A model generated the notes under the pieces. That model was not told the DNA's origin and made no database searches. It saw nothing but the letters and a program-made list of their open reading frames with translations. This document shows, one piece after another, positions 10,421 through 19,793 of a stretch of DNA of 64,000 nt (positions within the stretch are counted from its first letter, which is position 1; each line of letters opens with the position of its first letter). The DNA lies in the NCBI GenBank assembly GCA_963724555.1, contig CAVRVE010000004.1, positions 134,284 to 198,283 on the forward strand, in the 5' to 3' direction. Source of the stretch: an uncultured Acidobacteriota bacterium. Lineage in GTDB: Bacteria > Acidobacteriota > Vicinamibacteria > Fen-336. The position numbers were made by a program, and so were the translations under genes.

Positions 10421-12227
10421 TCAGCGCTCCTTGAAGGATGCGAGCTCGATCTTCTCGCCCAGCAGCTGGCGGAACTCGCGCGGCGGGATGCCGGCCACCT
10501 GGCGCCCCGTCTCGTACTCGATCGCGTCGATCGCCTGCTCCCAGACCCGCTCGCGCCGCGCGATCTCGTCGAGGTCGCGCACCTTCGCGAACTCCTGGAC
10601 GTACTTGTTGTGGCGGCAGAGCATCCTGAAGCCGGCGGCCGTCTCCGGCCGCCGGATCGGCAGCCCCAGCAAGCGCACGTCGTTGCCGACGTCGTGGATC
10701 GGCTGGCCCCACTCGCCGTAGACGCCGAAGATCGTGCCGAGCTTCTCGACCACGTTCGCGAGCTTCTGGTCGCCGGCCGCCACCAGCACGGCCTTGTAGA
10801 GCGGCAGCGTCACGTTGCGCGAGAGCGTCGGGTCCGCGAGGCGCACCTTCACGCCCGATCTCCTCCTCCGCGATCCGGCAGATCTCCTCGGAGCGGATCC
10901 GGTTGTCGGTCGCGAGGTGGATCCGCGCCCCGATCGCCTCCGGCGCCGTGAGCGCCGCCAGGATGCCGGCCGCCACGCGGTCGACCGGCACCAGGTTGAT
11001 CTCCGCCGAGCGATCGGCCGGGAAGCTCGTCGCGATGTGGGTCGCGAGCAGCGTCTTCAGCCGGTCGATCGGCTCGCGCCCCAGCTCCGCCATCGCCTCC
11101 TGGGCGCGGCCGAACGCGTTCACCGGCGCGTTCAGCACCTTGGTGTCGCCCCGGTTGTTCCCGGTGCGCGCGTGGCCGATCACGATCGAGGGCAGCAGCT
11201 GCGTCACGCGCAGCCCGTCCTGCACGAGAGCGCGGTCGGTCTCGATCGACGCCATCGCCTTCGTGAGCTCGTAGTAGTTGTTGTAGAAGTGGCGCGGGAA
11301 GACGAGCGCGTGCTCCTGCGCGATCGTGCGCTTGCGGCGGCCGTGGATGTACGACGTCTCGATCGCCACGTGCGCCACGAAGCGCGAGCCGGGCGCCGCC
11401 TGGACCTGCTTCGAGAACGCGAGCGCGTTCCTGCAGCCGAGCACGTTGGAGCGGAACGAGCTCTCGTAGGGGTCGTCGAAGGAGACGCTCGCGGCGCAGT
11501 GGACCACGTGCGTCAGCTCGCGCCGGAGCCGCTCCAGCTCGGGGGCCTCGATCCCGAAGTCCGGCTGCTCGACGTCGCCCTCCACGAAGCGAAAGCGCGC
11601 GGCCAGCTTCCCCGTCACGTGCAGCCGCTTCAGCAGGAGCGCCCCGCGCTCGCGCGCCGAGAGCACCTTCACGATCTGCTTCGTCTTGCGGTCGCGGATC
11701 GTCTCCTTCCGCACGACGCAGACGACCTCGTCGACGTGCGGGTGCGCGGCCGCCTGCGCCAGGAGCTCCTTGCCGAGGAACCCGGTCGCTCCCGTCAGCA
11801 GCACGCGCAGGCGCGGGCGCTTGCCGAGCGCCGCGAGCCGCGCGCGCGCCTGCTTCTGCAGGTCCGCGACACGCGCCTTCACCTCGCGCTCGGAGAGCTG
11901 GGTCGGCTCGCGGAACTGGAAGGCGTAGTCGCGGGTCCTCACGCCGAGCAGGCGTGCGACGCGCGTCGCGTCGGCGGGATTCCCGGTGACGCCCGCGACC
12001 GTGCGTCCCACGCTCGAGCCGATCCGCTCGATGCCTTTCAGGCCGAGCTTGACCAGGCCCTCGTTGCCCGTGACGTGGATCAGCCGGCTCGCGAGGAACT
12101 GCGCGGCGATCTCGGCCGGGTGACGGTCGCGGTGCGCGTGGACCAGCAGATCGCTCGGCTCGATGGGACCTTCGAGCGGCTCGCCCGTCGCGCGATCGAC
12201 CTTGACGATGTACTGGCCCGGCGACAT
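10421..12227 (-). CDS. Fatty acyl-CoA/thioester reductase-like SDR (NAD_binding_4, male-sterility type) with extra N- and C-terminal domains; one frame break ~10856; start uncertain (alternative ATG 12336 would need another break)
   Basis: RVLLTGATGFLGKELL, HCAASVSFD, YYELTKAMAS (YxxxK). After ...RIAEEEIG the sequence continues in track ORF 10421..10852 (VKVRLADPTLSRNVTLPLYKAV...ELASFKER*). Confidence 0.7.
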
Positions 12228-12497
12228 GTCGAGGGGCGCAGCTCGGTCGGCCCTCGCCGTCGCGCGCCGACTTGCGGGGCGCTTGCGCGCCGACCTTCGA
12301 CTCGATCGGCGGGCGCATTCCCTTCGCCTGGCGCATGGGACGCCGGAGCCTACTCCATCGTTCGGACGCGCACAAAAGAGGCGAAGCCGCGTGCAGAACT
12401 TACACGTGAGGCGCGGCGGACGGACTGCTAGACTGACTTCAGGGATCGCCTCGCCGGGGCCGCTCGGCCCGGACGCGGCATGAGGAGGAATCGAGAG

Positions 12498-13055
12498 ATG
12501 AAGTGGCAATCGAAGGCAGGTTTGATCTTGCTCGCCGCCGCAACCGTCGCTCCGCCGGCGTTCGCCCAGAACCTGCACAAGGAGCGGGGCAACATCCTCG
12601 CCGTCGACTGGAACGCGATGCAGGTGCGGCTCAAGGACCCGCAGGGCCGCGAGAGGACCTGGCCCGTCTCGCGCACTGCGGTCGTGGAGTTCAACGACAA
12701 GACGAGCTCCTTCCCGAACCCGAAGCTCCAGGACCTGGTCGCGCCGATGTACGTGCACTTCACCTTCAACGCGGACACGAAGGAGATCGTGAAGTTCGAG
12801 GTGGCCGAGGTGGGCTTCGAGCCGGGCAAGCCCGAGAACAAGCCGGCGGACCCGCCAGGCGTGCAGACCGCGGTCATCACCGCCGTCGACGCGAACGTGG
12901 GCCAGATCGAGGTGCAGACCGCGACCGGACGTCAAACGTACTGGGTCGAGCCCAAGACCCTGCTCAAGAGCTACAAGGCCGGCGACCGCGTGAGGCTCCA
13001 GGTCCAGAAGCAGGGCGACAAGGACGTCGTCACCGCCATGAGCCGCACTAAGTAG
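12498..13055 (+). CDS. Secreted hypothetical protein (signal peptide, two similar beta-rich halves)
   Basis: GGAGGA sits 8 nt before ATG 12498. Signal peptide MKWQSKAGLILLAAATVAPPAFA. Intact. Halves NILAVDWNAMQVRLKDPQGRERTWPV and AVITAVDANVGQIEVQTATGRQTYWV resemble each other. Confidence 0.6.
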   Translation: MKWQSKAGLILLAAATVAPPAFAQNLHKERGNILAVDWNAMQVRLKDPQGRERTWPVSRTAVVEFNDKTSSFPNPKLQDLVAPMYVHFTFNADTKEIVKFEVAEVGFEPGKPENKPADPPGVQTAVITAVDANVGQIEVQTATGRQTYWVEPKTLLKSYKAGDRVRLQVQKQGDKDVVTAMSRTK

Positions 13056-13121
13056 GAGCAACGAGCAACCGACTGCGAGCGAAGCCCGATTCACTCGGGC
13101 GAAGCGAGCGGGGGGGTTGGA

Positions 13122-13147
13122 GGGGGGACGCGGCGGAGCGTCCCCCC
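13122..13147. terminator. Bidirectional hairpin between convergent genes
   Basis: GGGGGGACGC (13122-13131) / GCGTCCCCCC (13138-13147), a perfect 10-bp stem with 6-nt loop, lying between the stop at 13055 and the minus-strand stop at 13152. Confidence 0.5.
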
Positions 13148-13151
13148 TGAT

Positions 13152-16100
13152 CTAATGGAATTCCCTGGCCGGGGTGGCAGGCGCCCCGGCCAGGGCCGGC
13201 CGCACCGCGACGGCTCGCACCGAGAGCCCGTCCGTCGCCTGCAGCACGCCGTCGATCTCCATGAACGCGGCCCCCACCAGCGTCTTGTGCTCGCGGTCGA
13301 AGAGGTCGGGCCTCACGATCGCGTTGACGAGCCCGGTCTCGTCCTCGAGCGTCAGGAACATGAAGCCCTTGGCCGTGCCCGGCCGCTGGCGGCAGATCAC
13401 GGCGCCGGCGACGCGCACGAAGTCCCCGTCCGCGAGGCGCGGCAGGTCGGCGGCACGGCGCACCCCCCGCTCGAAGAGCTCCTGGCGGTAGAACGAGACC
13501 GGGTGGCGCCCGACGCTCACGCCCGTGCCGGCGAGGTCGCTCGTGAGCCGCTCGGCCAGCGTCCATCTCGGGCACGCGGCGAGGCGTCGTCCGGCTCGAC
13601 CTCGCGGAAGAGCGGCCCGCGCGGGCGGCCCGCCTTCTCCACCTGCCAGAGCGCGCTCCGGCGCGTGAGGCCGAAGGCGTTGAGCGCGCCCACCTCGGCG
13701 AGGCGCCGCTGCTCGTCGCGCTTCAGGCCGGTGCGGTCGACGAAGTCCTGTAGCGAGCCGAAGGCCGCGCGCGCCCGCTCCTCCTCGATGCGCGACGCCG
13801 CGGCCTCGCGCAGGCCCCGCACGTAGCCGAGCCCCAGCCGCACCTCGCCCTGCTCCAGCGCGCAGCGCCTGCCGCTCCTCGTCACGTCCACCGGCCGGAA
13901 GCGCACGCCGTGGCGCTGCGCGTCCTTCACGAGCGTGAACGGGTGGTAGAAGCCCATCGGCTGGTTGTTGAGGAGCGCGCACACGAACGCGGCCGGGTGG
14001 TGCGTCTTCAGGTACGCGCTCGCGTAGGCGATGAGCGCGAAGCTCGCCGCGTGCGACTCGGGAAAGCCGTAGAGCGCGAACGAGGAGATCGAGCGCACGA
14101 CCGTCGTCCGCGGCCTCGCCCGTGATGCCGCGCTCGGCCATCCCCGAGCGCAGCCGCGCCTCGATCGCCTTCATGCGCTTCTCCGAGCGCTTGAAGCCCA
14201 TCGCGCGCCGCAGCTCCTCGGCCTCGCCGCCCGTGAAGCCGGCCGCGACCATCGCGATCCGCAGCAGCTGCTCCTGGAAGAGCGGCACCCCGAGCGTGCG
14301 CTTCAGGATCGGCTCGAGCGACGGGTGCAGGTACGAGACCGGCTCGCGCCCGTTCCGGCGGTCGAGGTACGGGTGCACCATCTTCCCCACGATCGGCCCG
14401 GGGCGGATGATCGCCACCTCCACCACCAGGTCGTAGAAGCGCTCGGGCTTCATGCGCGGCAGCGTCGCCATCTGCGCGCGGCTCTCGACCTGGAAGAGGC
14501 CCACGGTGTCGGCCGCGCTGCAGCATCCCGTAGACCTTCGGGTCGTCGGGCGGCAGGTGCGCGAGGTCGATCGTCACCTGCTCCCGCCGCGAGCATCGCG
14601 AGCGCGTCCTCGAGCGCCGCCATCATCCCGAGCCCGAGCAGGTCCACCTTGATGATGCCCGAGGTCGGCGCAGTCGTCCTTGTCCCACTGCACGATCACG
14701 CGTCCCGGCATGCTGGCGGGCTCGAGCGGCACCACCTCGTCGAGCCGTCCCTGCGCGATCACCATCCCGCCCGAGTGCTGGCCCAGGTGCCGCGGCAGGT
14801 CCTGGATCTCCTGGAAGAGGCGCGCGAAGAGCGCGACCCGCCGGTCGGCCTGGCCCGCAGCCGGCGCGCGCCAGCCGCGACTCGAGCGTGTCGCCTGGGG
14901 TCGACGTACTCGAAGCGCCGCATGTGCCGGGCGAGCTGGTCCAGCTCGTCCTGCGGGATCCCGAGCACCTTGCCGATCTCGCGCGAGGCGCTCCTGTCGC
15001 GGTAGGTGATCACGTTCGCGGTCATCGCCGCGCCGGCGGCGCCGTAGCGCGTGTAGACGTACTGGATCACCCGCTCGCGCTGGTCGCCGCTCGGCAGGTC
15101 GAGGTCGATGTCGGGCCACTCGCCGCGCTCCTCGGACAAGAAGCGCTCGAAGAGCAGCTCCATCCCCACGGGATCGACGGCGGTGATGCCGAGGCTGTAG
15201 CAGACGGCGCTGTTGGCCGCCGAGCCGCGGCCCTGGACCAGGATCCCCTCGCGGCGGCAGAAGTTCACGAGGTCCCACACGATCAGGAAGTAGCCGGCGA
15301 GCTCGAGCTTGCCGATGAGCGCGAGCTCGTGCTCGATCTGGCGGCGCGCCTTCTCGTGGTACGGCCGGTAGCGCTCGCGCGCGCCCTGCTCGGTCGCCTG
15401 GCGCAGGAACGAGAACTGCGACTCGCCCGCCGGCACCGGGTAGTCCGGGAAGCGGTAGCCGAGGTCTGCGAGCGTGAACGACAGCCGCTCGGCGAGCTCC
15501 TCCGCGTTGCGGAGCAGGTCGCTGCGGTCGGCGAAGAGCGCCGCCATCGCCTTCGGGGACTTGAGATGGCGCTCGGCGTTCTGCGCCAGCAGGCGCCCCG
15601 CGTTCGCGAGCGTGCGCTTCTCGCGGATGCAGGTGAGCACGTCCTGGAGCGCCCGCCGCGCCGCGGTCGCGTGGCGCACGCCGTTCGTCGCCACGGCCTG
15701 GAGCCCGAGCGCGTCGGCGAGGTCGAGAAGCGCCTGGTTGGCGGCTTCCTGCTCGCGGCGCCTGTGGCGCTGCACGTCGAGGAAGACACGGCCCGGCCCG
15801 AAAGCTTCCACGATCCGCGCCAGGCGGTCGGTGTCGAGCGCGCTGCCGCCTTCCGGCTGGAGCGTCTCGACTCCCGGCAGGGCGAAGAGCCCGGCCTCGA
15901 GGCCCGCGAGCATCTCGAAGCGGAGCCGGCCCTCGCCTTTCGGGACGCCGTCCTTCATCCGCGTGATCAGCCGGCTCAGATTCCTGTACCCCCGCTGCGT
16001 CTCGACGAGGAGCGGAAGCACACCTCCCCCGTCGAGGCTCAGCTCCGCCCCGACCAGCGGCCGGATCCCGCGCGCCTTCGCGGCCTTGAAGAAGCGCGGC

Positions 16101-16237
16101 GCGCCCGCGAGGCCGTCGCGGTCGACGAGCGCCACGGCGTCGTACCCCAGCTCGGCGGCGCGCTCCACGAGGTCCTCGGGCAGCGACGATCCGCGCAGGA
16201 ACGAGAAGGCCGAGGCGGCATGGAGCTCGACGCGCAT
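13152..16237 (-). pseudogene. dnaE2: Error-prone DNA polymerase III alpha-type subunit DnaE2 (ImuC); at least six frame breaks as assembled
   Basis: N-terminus MRVELHAASAFSFLRGSSLPEDLVERAAELGYDAVALVDRDGLAG is DnaE2-type PHP. Conserved blocks are scattered over track ORFs 14759..16567, 14574..15278, 14450..14647, 14008..14577, 13152..14504 and 13517..14098 (e.g. [49 protein letters not shown]). OB-fold C-terminus ...FMFLTLEDETGLVNAIV. Confidence 0.85.
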
Positions 16238-16292
16238 GCTTTCGCTTTTATTTCGCCTATGCTGTCGCAGAGCGGACCCCTGGGTCAAGGAA

Positions 16293-16349
16293 GGGGTCAG
16301 GTCTTGAATCGTGCATCGCCCCCAGGGGCACAATTCAAGACCTGACCCC
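16293..16349. repeat. 57-bp palindromic element (17-bp perfect arms, 23-bp spacer)
   Basis: GGGGTCAGGTCTTGAAT (16293-16309) and its exact reverse complement ATTCAAGACCTGACCCC (16333-16349). The spacer is itself partly self-complementary (GTGC...GCCCC..GGGGCAC). Confidence 0.9.
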
Positions 16350-16372
16350 ATTACAGGCACCTCGGGGCCACC

Positions 16373-16633
16373 GTGCGCAGCCAGTCGCCGAGCGCCGTCT
16401 TCCTGGACGTGGGCGCCGACTGGATCGCGCTCTTCGGCCCCGGGGCGGTGAGCACGGGCTTTCCCCCGACCGCGTCCGGCGTCGACCACGTCAGCTTCCA
16501 CTCGACAGCCGCCCGCAGCATCGAAGACCGCGTGCGCGTCCTGCGCGAGCACGGCCTCGATCCCCACAATCCCGCGGGCTCCGAGCGGGTCTATTTCAAG
16601 GACCCCGACGGGATCATCCTGCAGCTGAGCTGA
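16373..16633 (+). pseudogene. VOC/glyoxalase-family protein, apparently 5'-truncated (86 codons)
   Basis: ...[50 protein letters not shown] matches the C-terminal half of VOC proteins. The frame opens only at 16346 (in-frame TGA 16343-16345 inside the palindrome arm). The first beta-alpha-beta-beta-beta module is missing. Confidence 0.5.
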
Positions 16634-17575
16634 CGGACGCGAGCTCGACCGCCAGCGTCATTGCGGCGAGCAGGCTCCCGGGGTCGGCGCGGCCGAGTGC
16701 GGCGATGTCGAACGCCGTGCCGTGGTCGACGGACGTGCGCACGAACGGCAGCCCCAGCGTCACGTTCACGGCGCGACCGAAAGCCAGGAGCTTCACCGGC
16801 ACCAGGCCCTGGTCGTGATAGGCGGCCACCACCGCGTCGAACTCGCCCTGCACGGCGCGCACGAAAACGGTGTCGGCCGGCAGCGGCCCGGTGACCGAGA
16901 GGCCTTCGGCCCGCAGCGCCTCGACGGCGGGGCGCAGCACCTCCTCGTCTTCGCATCCGAAGAGCCCGTGCTCGCCCGCGTGCGGGTTCACGCCGCAGAC
17001 CGCGATCCGCCGCTGCGTTCGCTCCGAGCCGCGGCAGCTCGCGGTGGACGAGGCGCACGATGCGCTCCGTCTCCGCCCGCGTCACGGCGTCGGGCACCGA
17101 GCGGAGCGAGCGGTGGATCGTCAGGAGCGCCACCCGCAGCCCGCCGCCGACGAACAGCATCGCCACGTCCGAGACGCCCGCGGCTTCGGCCAGGAGCTCG
17201 GTGTGCCCGGGCCAGGGATGGCCGGCGGCCCGCAGGGACTCCTTGTGAAGCGGCGCCGTGACGATCCCCGCCACGCGGCCGGCGAGCGCGTCCGCAACCG
17301 CCGCCTGGACGGCCGCGGCGGCCGCTCGCCCTGCCTCGGCCGAGACCACCCCGAGCGCCACGGGAGCCGTCTCGACGTCCACGGCCGCGGCCGCGAGTGT
17401 CGCGGCAGCGGGCAGGCTGAACCGCCGCGAGCGTTCCTCGAGGAGCGCGAGCGGCCCGTAGACCACCCATTCCGCCGGCGGGCAGCTCGCGGACGCGAGC
17501 GCCTTGAGCACGATCTCCGGCCCGATCCCGGCAGGGTCGCCGACGGTGAGCGCCAGCCGCGAGGCGGCGGCTCAC
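16614..17575 (-). CDS. pdxA: 4-hydroxythreonine-4-phosphate dehydrogenase PdxA; frame breaks ~17000 and within the first ~10 codons
   Basis: [33 protein letters not shown], then (track ORF 16614..16991) [11 protein letters not shown] and [16 protein letters not shown]. The only plausible start, GTG 17575, overlaps the upstream stop but is out of frame with RLALTVGD. Confidence 0.8.
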
Positions 17576-17910
17576 GCGTCCGCCCGGTCGTCCCTCCGGC
17601 CGCGCTCGTCCTCTTCCTTGTACATGTACTTGACGCTGTCCTTCATCAGCAGCAGGTTCGGCGCGTCGGCTCGGTGCACCTTGAGCGCGTCCTTGTCGTA
17701 CCACTCGATCGTGCCGCGCAGCTCCTCGCCGTCCGTCAGCACGATGACCATGCGCGTGTGGGCGGCCATCTGCTTCAGGTAGTAGTTGGACTCGGCGTTC
17801 GTCTCGTCGGGCGGGATCGAGCGCCGCCGGTGCAGCTGCTTGCTGGTGAGCTCGGAGTCACGACGCTCCCTCGAGTCCCGCAGGTCCGGACGGATCAGCT
17901 TGCGGTTCAT
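17572..17910 (-). CDS. Sm-like (Hfq/LSm-fold-like) small protein
   Basis: GGAGG RBS before ATG 17910. MVIVLTDGEELRGTIEWYDKDALKVHRADAPNLLLMKDSVKYMYK resembles the Sm1/Sm2 pattern of Hfq (v.v.L.nG..l.G.i..fD...). Charged N- and C-tails. Intact 112 aa. Confidence 0.5.
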   Translation of the reverse strand: MNRKLIRPDLRDSRERRDSELTSKQLHRRRSIPPDETNAESNYYLKQMAAHTRMVIVLTDGEELRGTIEWYDKDALKVHRADAPNLLLMKDSVKYMYKEEDERGRRDDRADA

Positions 17911-17989
17911 CTCCCGCCTCCCCCGCGAACTAGGTAGCACACGGGTTCCGCCCGGCGCAAGGCTCAACCCCGAGCGCGAGCGAGGTGAA

Positions 17990-18025
17990 GAGCCTCGGCT
18001 TCCCCCCTTGGGGAAGGCGAGGCTC
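17990..18025 (-). terminator. Hairpin immediately after holB (terminator/attenuator; weak U-tract)
   Basis: 16-nt arms 17990-18005 and 18010-18025 with a single mismatch and 4-nt loop. Overlaps the holB stop codon by 2 nt. Confidence 0.35.
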
Positions 18026-19109
18026 AATCCCCGGCGAGCGCGTTCACCAGCCGGTCGAAGGTCAGCAGCTTGGCCGTGAAGCCCCTGAGCGCCTCGCGGG
18101 CGTCCTCGGCCTCGCTCGCCAGCGGGATCGCGCGCTCCCCGAGCGGCCCCGCCGCGAGCGCCGCGAGGCGATCGGCGCGGTCGGGGTTGAGGAGCGCCTG
18201 GGGCGCGGCCCCCGCGCGGAGCGCCGCCAGGTCGCGCAGCAGCGATCGCAGCGTGGTGAGGAGCGACGAGAGATCCTCCGACTGCTCGAGCGCCTCGGCC
18301 GCCTCCATGCGCGCGAGCGCGTCGGCGCCGGACACGCGCTCGAGGATCGCGACGAGCTCGTCGCGCGTGCGCAGCTCGCTGCCCGGATCGTGCGAGAGCG
18401 CCGCCGCCAGGCTGCCGCCGGCCAGCGCGGCCTGCAGCTCCGCGGCCGGGCCGTCGAGGCCGCGCTCGCGCTGCAGCAGCTCGCTCACGATCGCGCGCGG
18501 CAGCGGCCCGAAGCGCAGGCGCTGGCAGCGCGAGCGGATCGTGGGACGCAGCCCCGTGGCCGCCGACGAGACCAGGATCACGTGCGAGCGGGAAGCCGGC
18601 TCCTCCAGGCTCTTCAAGAGCGCGTTCTGCGCCGAGTCGTTCATCGTGTGGGCGTCGTCGATCACGAACACCCGGCGCCGCGCCTCGAAGGGGGTGCCCG
18701 CGATCTCGCGCACCAGCTCGCGCACCTGGTCGACGCGGATCTCGGGCTCGCTGCGCGGGCGCCCCGTGCGCGTGAGCCACCAGCCCTCGGCGAGCACCAG
18801 GTCGGGATGCAGCCGGAAGTTGCGCCAGAGGTCCTCGTCCGGATGGCGATCGGCCTCGAGCCGCATCTCGGCGAGGCGCTCGGCGCGCAGAGCGCTCCCG
18901 ACCTTGCGGCAGGCCAGGCATTCGCCGCACGGCTCGGCGAGCGGCGCCCGCTCGCAGAGCGCCGCCTGGGCCACGGCGAGCGCCAGCGTGCGCTTGCCCA
19001 CGCCGTCGGGCCCGTCCAGCAGAAGTGCCGGCGGCAGCCGATCCCGTTCGAGCGCGCGGCCGAGGACCGCGCGCACGCGGTCGTGGCCGCGGACGTCCGC
19101 GAGCCTCAA
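18024..19109 (-). CDS. holB: DNA polymerase III subunit delta-prime
   Basis: [24 protein letters not shown], Zn-module [33 protein letters not shown] 19109 overlaps the tmk stop (TTGA). Confidence 0.8.
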   Translation of the reverse strand: MRLADVRGHDRVRAVLGRALERDRLPPALLLDGPDGVGKRTLALAVAQAALCERAPLAEPCGECLACRKVGSALRAERLAEMRLEADRHPDEDLWRNFRLHPDLVLAEGWWLTRTGRPRSEPEIRVDQVRELVREIAGTPFEARRRVFVIDDAHTMNDSAQNALLKSLEEPASRSHVILVSSAATGLRPTIRSRCQRLRFGPLPRAIVSELLQRERGLDGPAAELQAALAGGSLAAALSHDPGSELRTRDELVAILERVSGADALARMEAAEALEQSEDLSSLLTTLRSLLRDLAALRAGAAPQALLNPDRADRLAALAAGPLGERAIPLASEAEDAREALRGFTAKLLTFDRLVNALAGD

Positions 19110-19730
19110 GCCGCCGCTCCCTGGATCAGCCCGCGCCGCGCCAGCCCGCGCCAGACCGCCTCGATGACGTCCTCGGCGGCCCCGCGGGCGTCGACGCGCA
19201 GCCAGCGCTCCGGCTCCGAGAGCGGCGAGCGCGTCGTAACCGGCGCGCACCCGCTCGTGGAAGGCGAGGTCCTCCGCCTCGAGCCGGTCCTGGGCGCCGC
19301 GCCGGCTCGCCCGCTGCAGCCCCAGCGCCACGGGGACGTCGAGCAGCACGATCGCGTCGGGCCGCAGGCCCCCGGTCGCGAGCGTGCCGAGCGCGCGGAT
19401 CGCGTCGAGCGGCAGGCCGCGCCCGTAGCCCTGGTACGCCAGGCTCGACTCGACGTGGCGGTCGCAGAGCACGATGCGGCCGTCCGCGAGCGCGGGCCGG
19501 ATCACCTCCGCGACGTGCTGGGCGCGGTCGGCGAAGTAGAGCAGCAGCTCGGCCATCGGCGCGAGGCCGCGGGTCTGCGGGTCGAGCACGATCCCGCGCA
19601 CGGCCTGGCCGATCGTGGTGCCTCCGGGCTCGCGCGTCTCGAGGGCCCGGGGCCCGAGCCGCGCGGCCAGGAGCCGCACCTGCGTGCTCTTGCCGCAGCC
19701 CTCGATGCCCTCGAACGTGATGAACGCCAC
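19106..19730 (-). CDS. tmk: Thymidylate kinase; one frame break ~19215
   Basis: GTG 19730, [36 protein letters not shown]. The true C-terminus [37 protein letters not shown] is in the adjacent frame and ends at TGA 19106-19108. The break makes the track show a 568-aa tmk-holB read-through ORF. Confidence 0.85.
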
Positions 19731-19757
19731 GCAGGGATTCTAGCGGCAGTCGGTGCC

Positions 19758-19786
19758 TTGACGGGCCCGCCGCCCGCGGATAGCGT
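19758..19786 (+). promoter_or_regulatory. Candidate sigma70-type promoter (TTGACG-17 nt-TAGCGT)
   Basis: TTGACG 19758-19763, TAGCGT 19781-19786. The GTG starts at 19785/19794 would give a leaderless or near-leaderless mRNA. Confidence 0.3.
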
Positions 19787-19793
19787 GGCTCGC

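Noticed and set aside
6421-10434. 1337-aa plus-strand ORF, and similar giants such as 930..2675(-), 2419..4617(-), 21032..23704(+) and 50698..52980(-)
   Set aside because: Their translations are Arg/Ala/Pro/Gly-rich with no motifs, and they run antisense to or out of frame with well-supported genes. This is the expected stop-codon scarcity of a ~70% GC genome, not real genes.
9855-13094. 1079-aa minus-strand ORF spanning four genes
   Set aside because: It is a composite of the reductase, the small phasin-motif protein and out-of-frame stretches. The individual genes have their own RBS/start signals and stops in neighbouring frames.
18024-19730. Apparent 568-aa Tmk-HolB fusion protein
   Set aside because: The genuine Tmk C-terminus (…[34 protein letters not shown]) is present in the adjacent frame and stops at 19106-19108, overlapping a TTG start for holB. 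The fusion is created by a single frame break near 19215.
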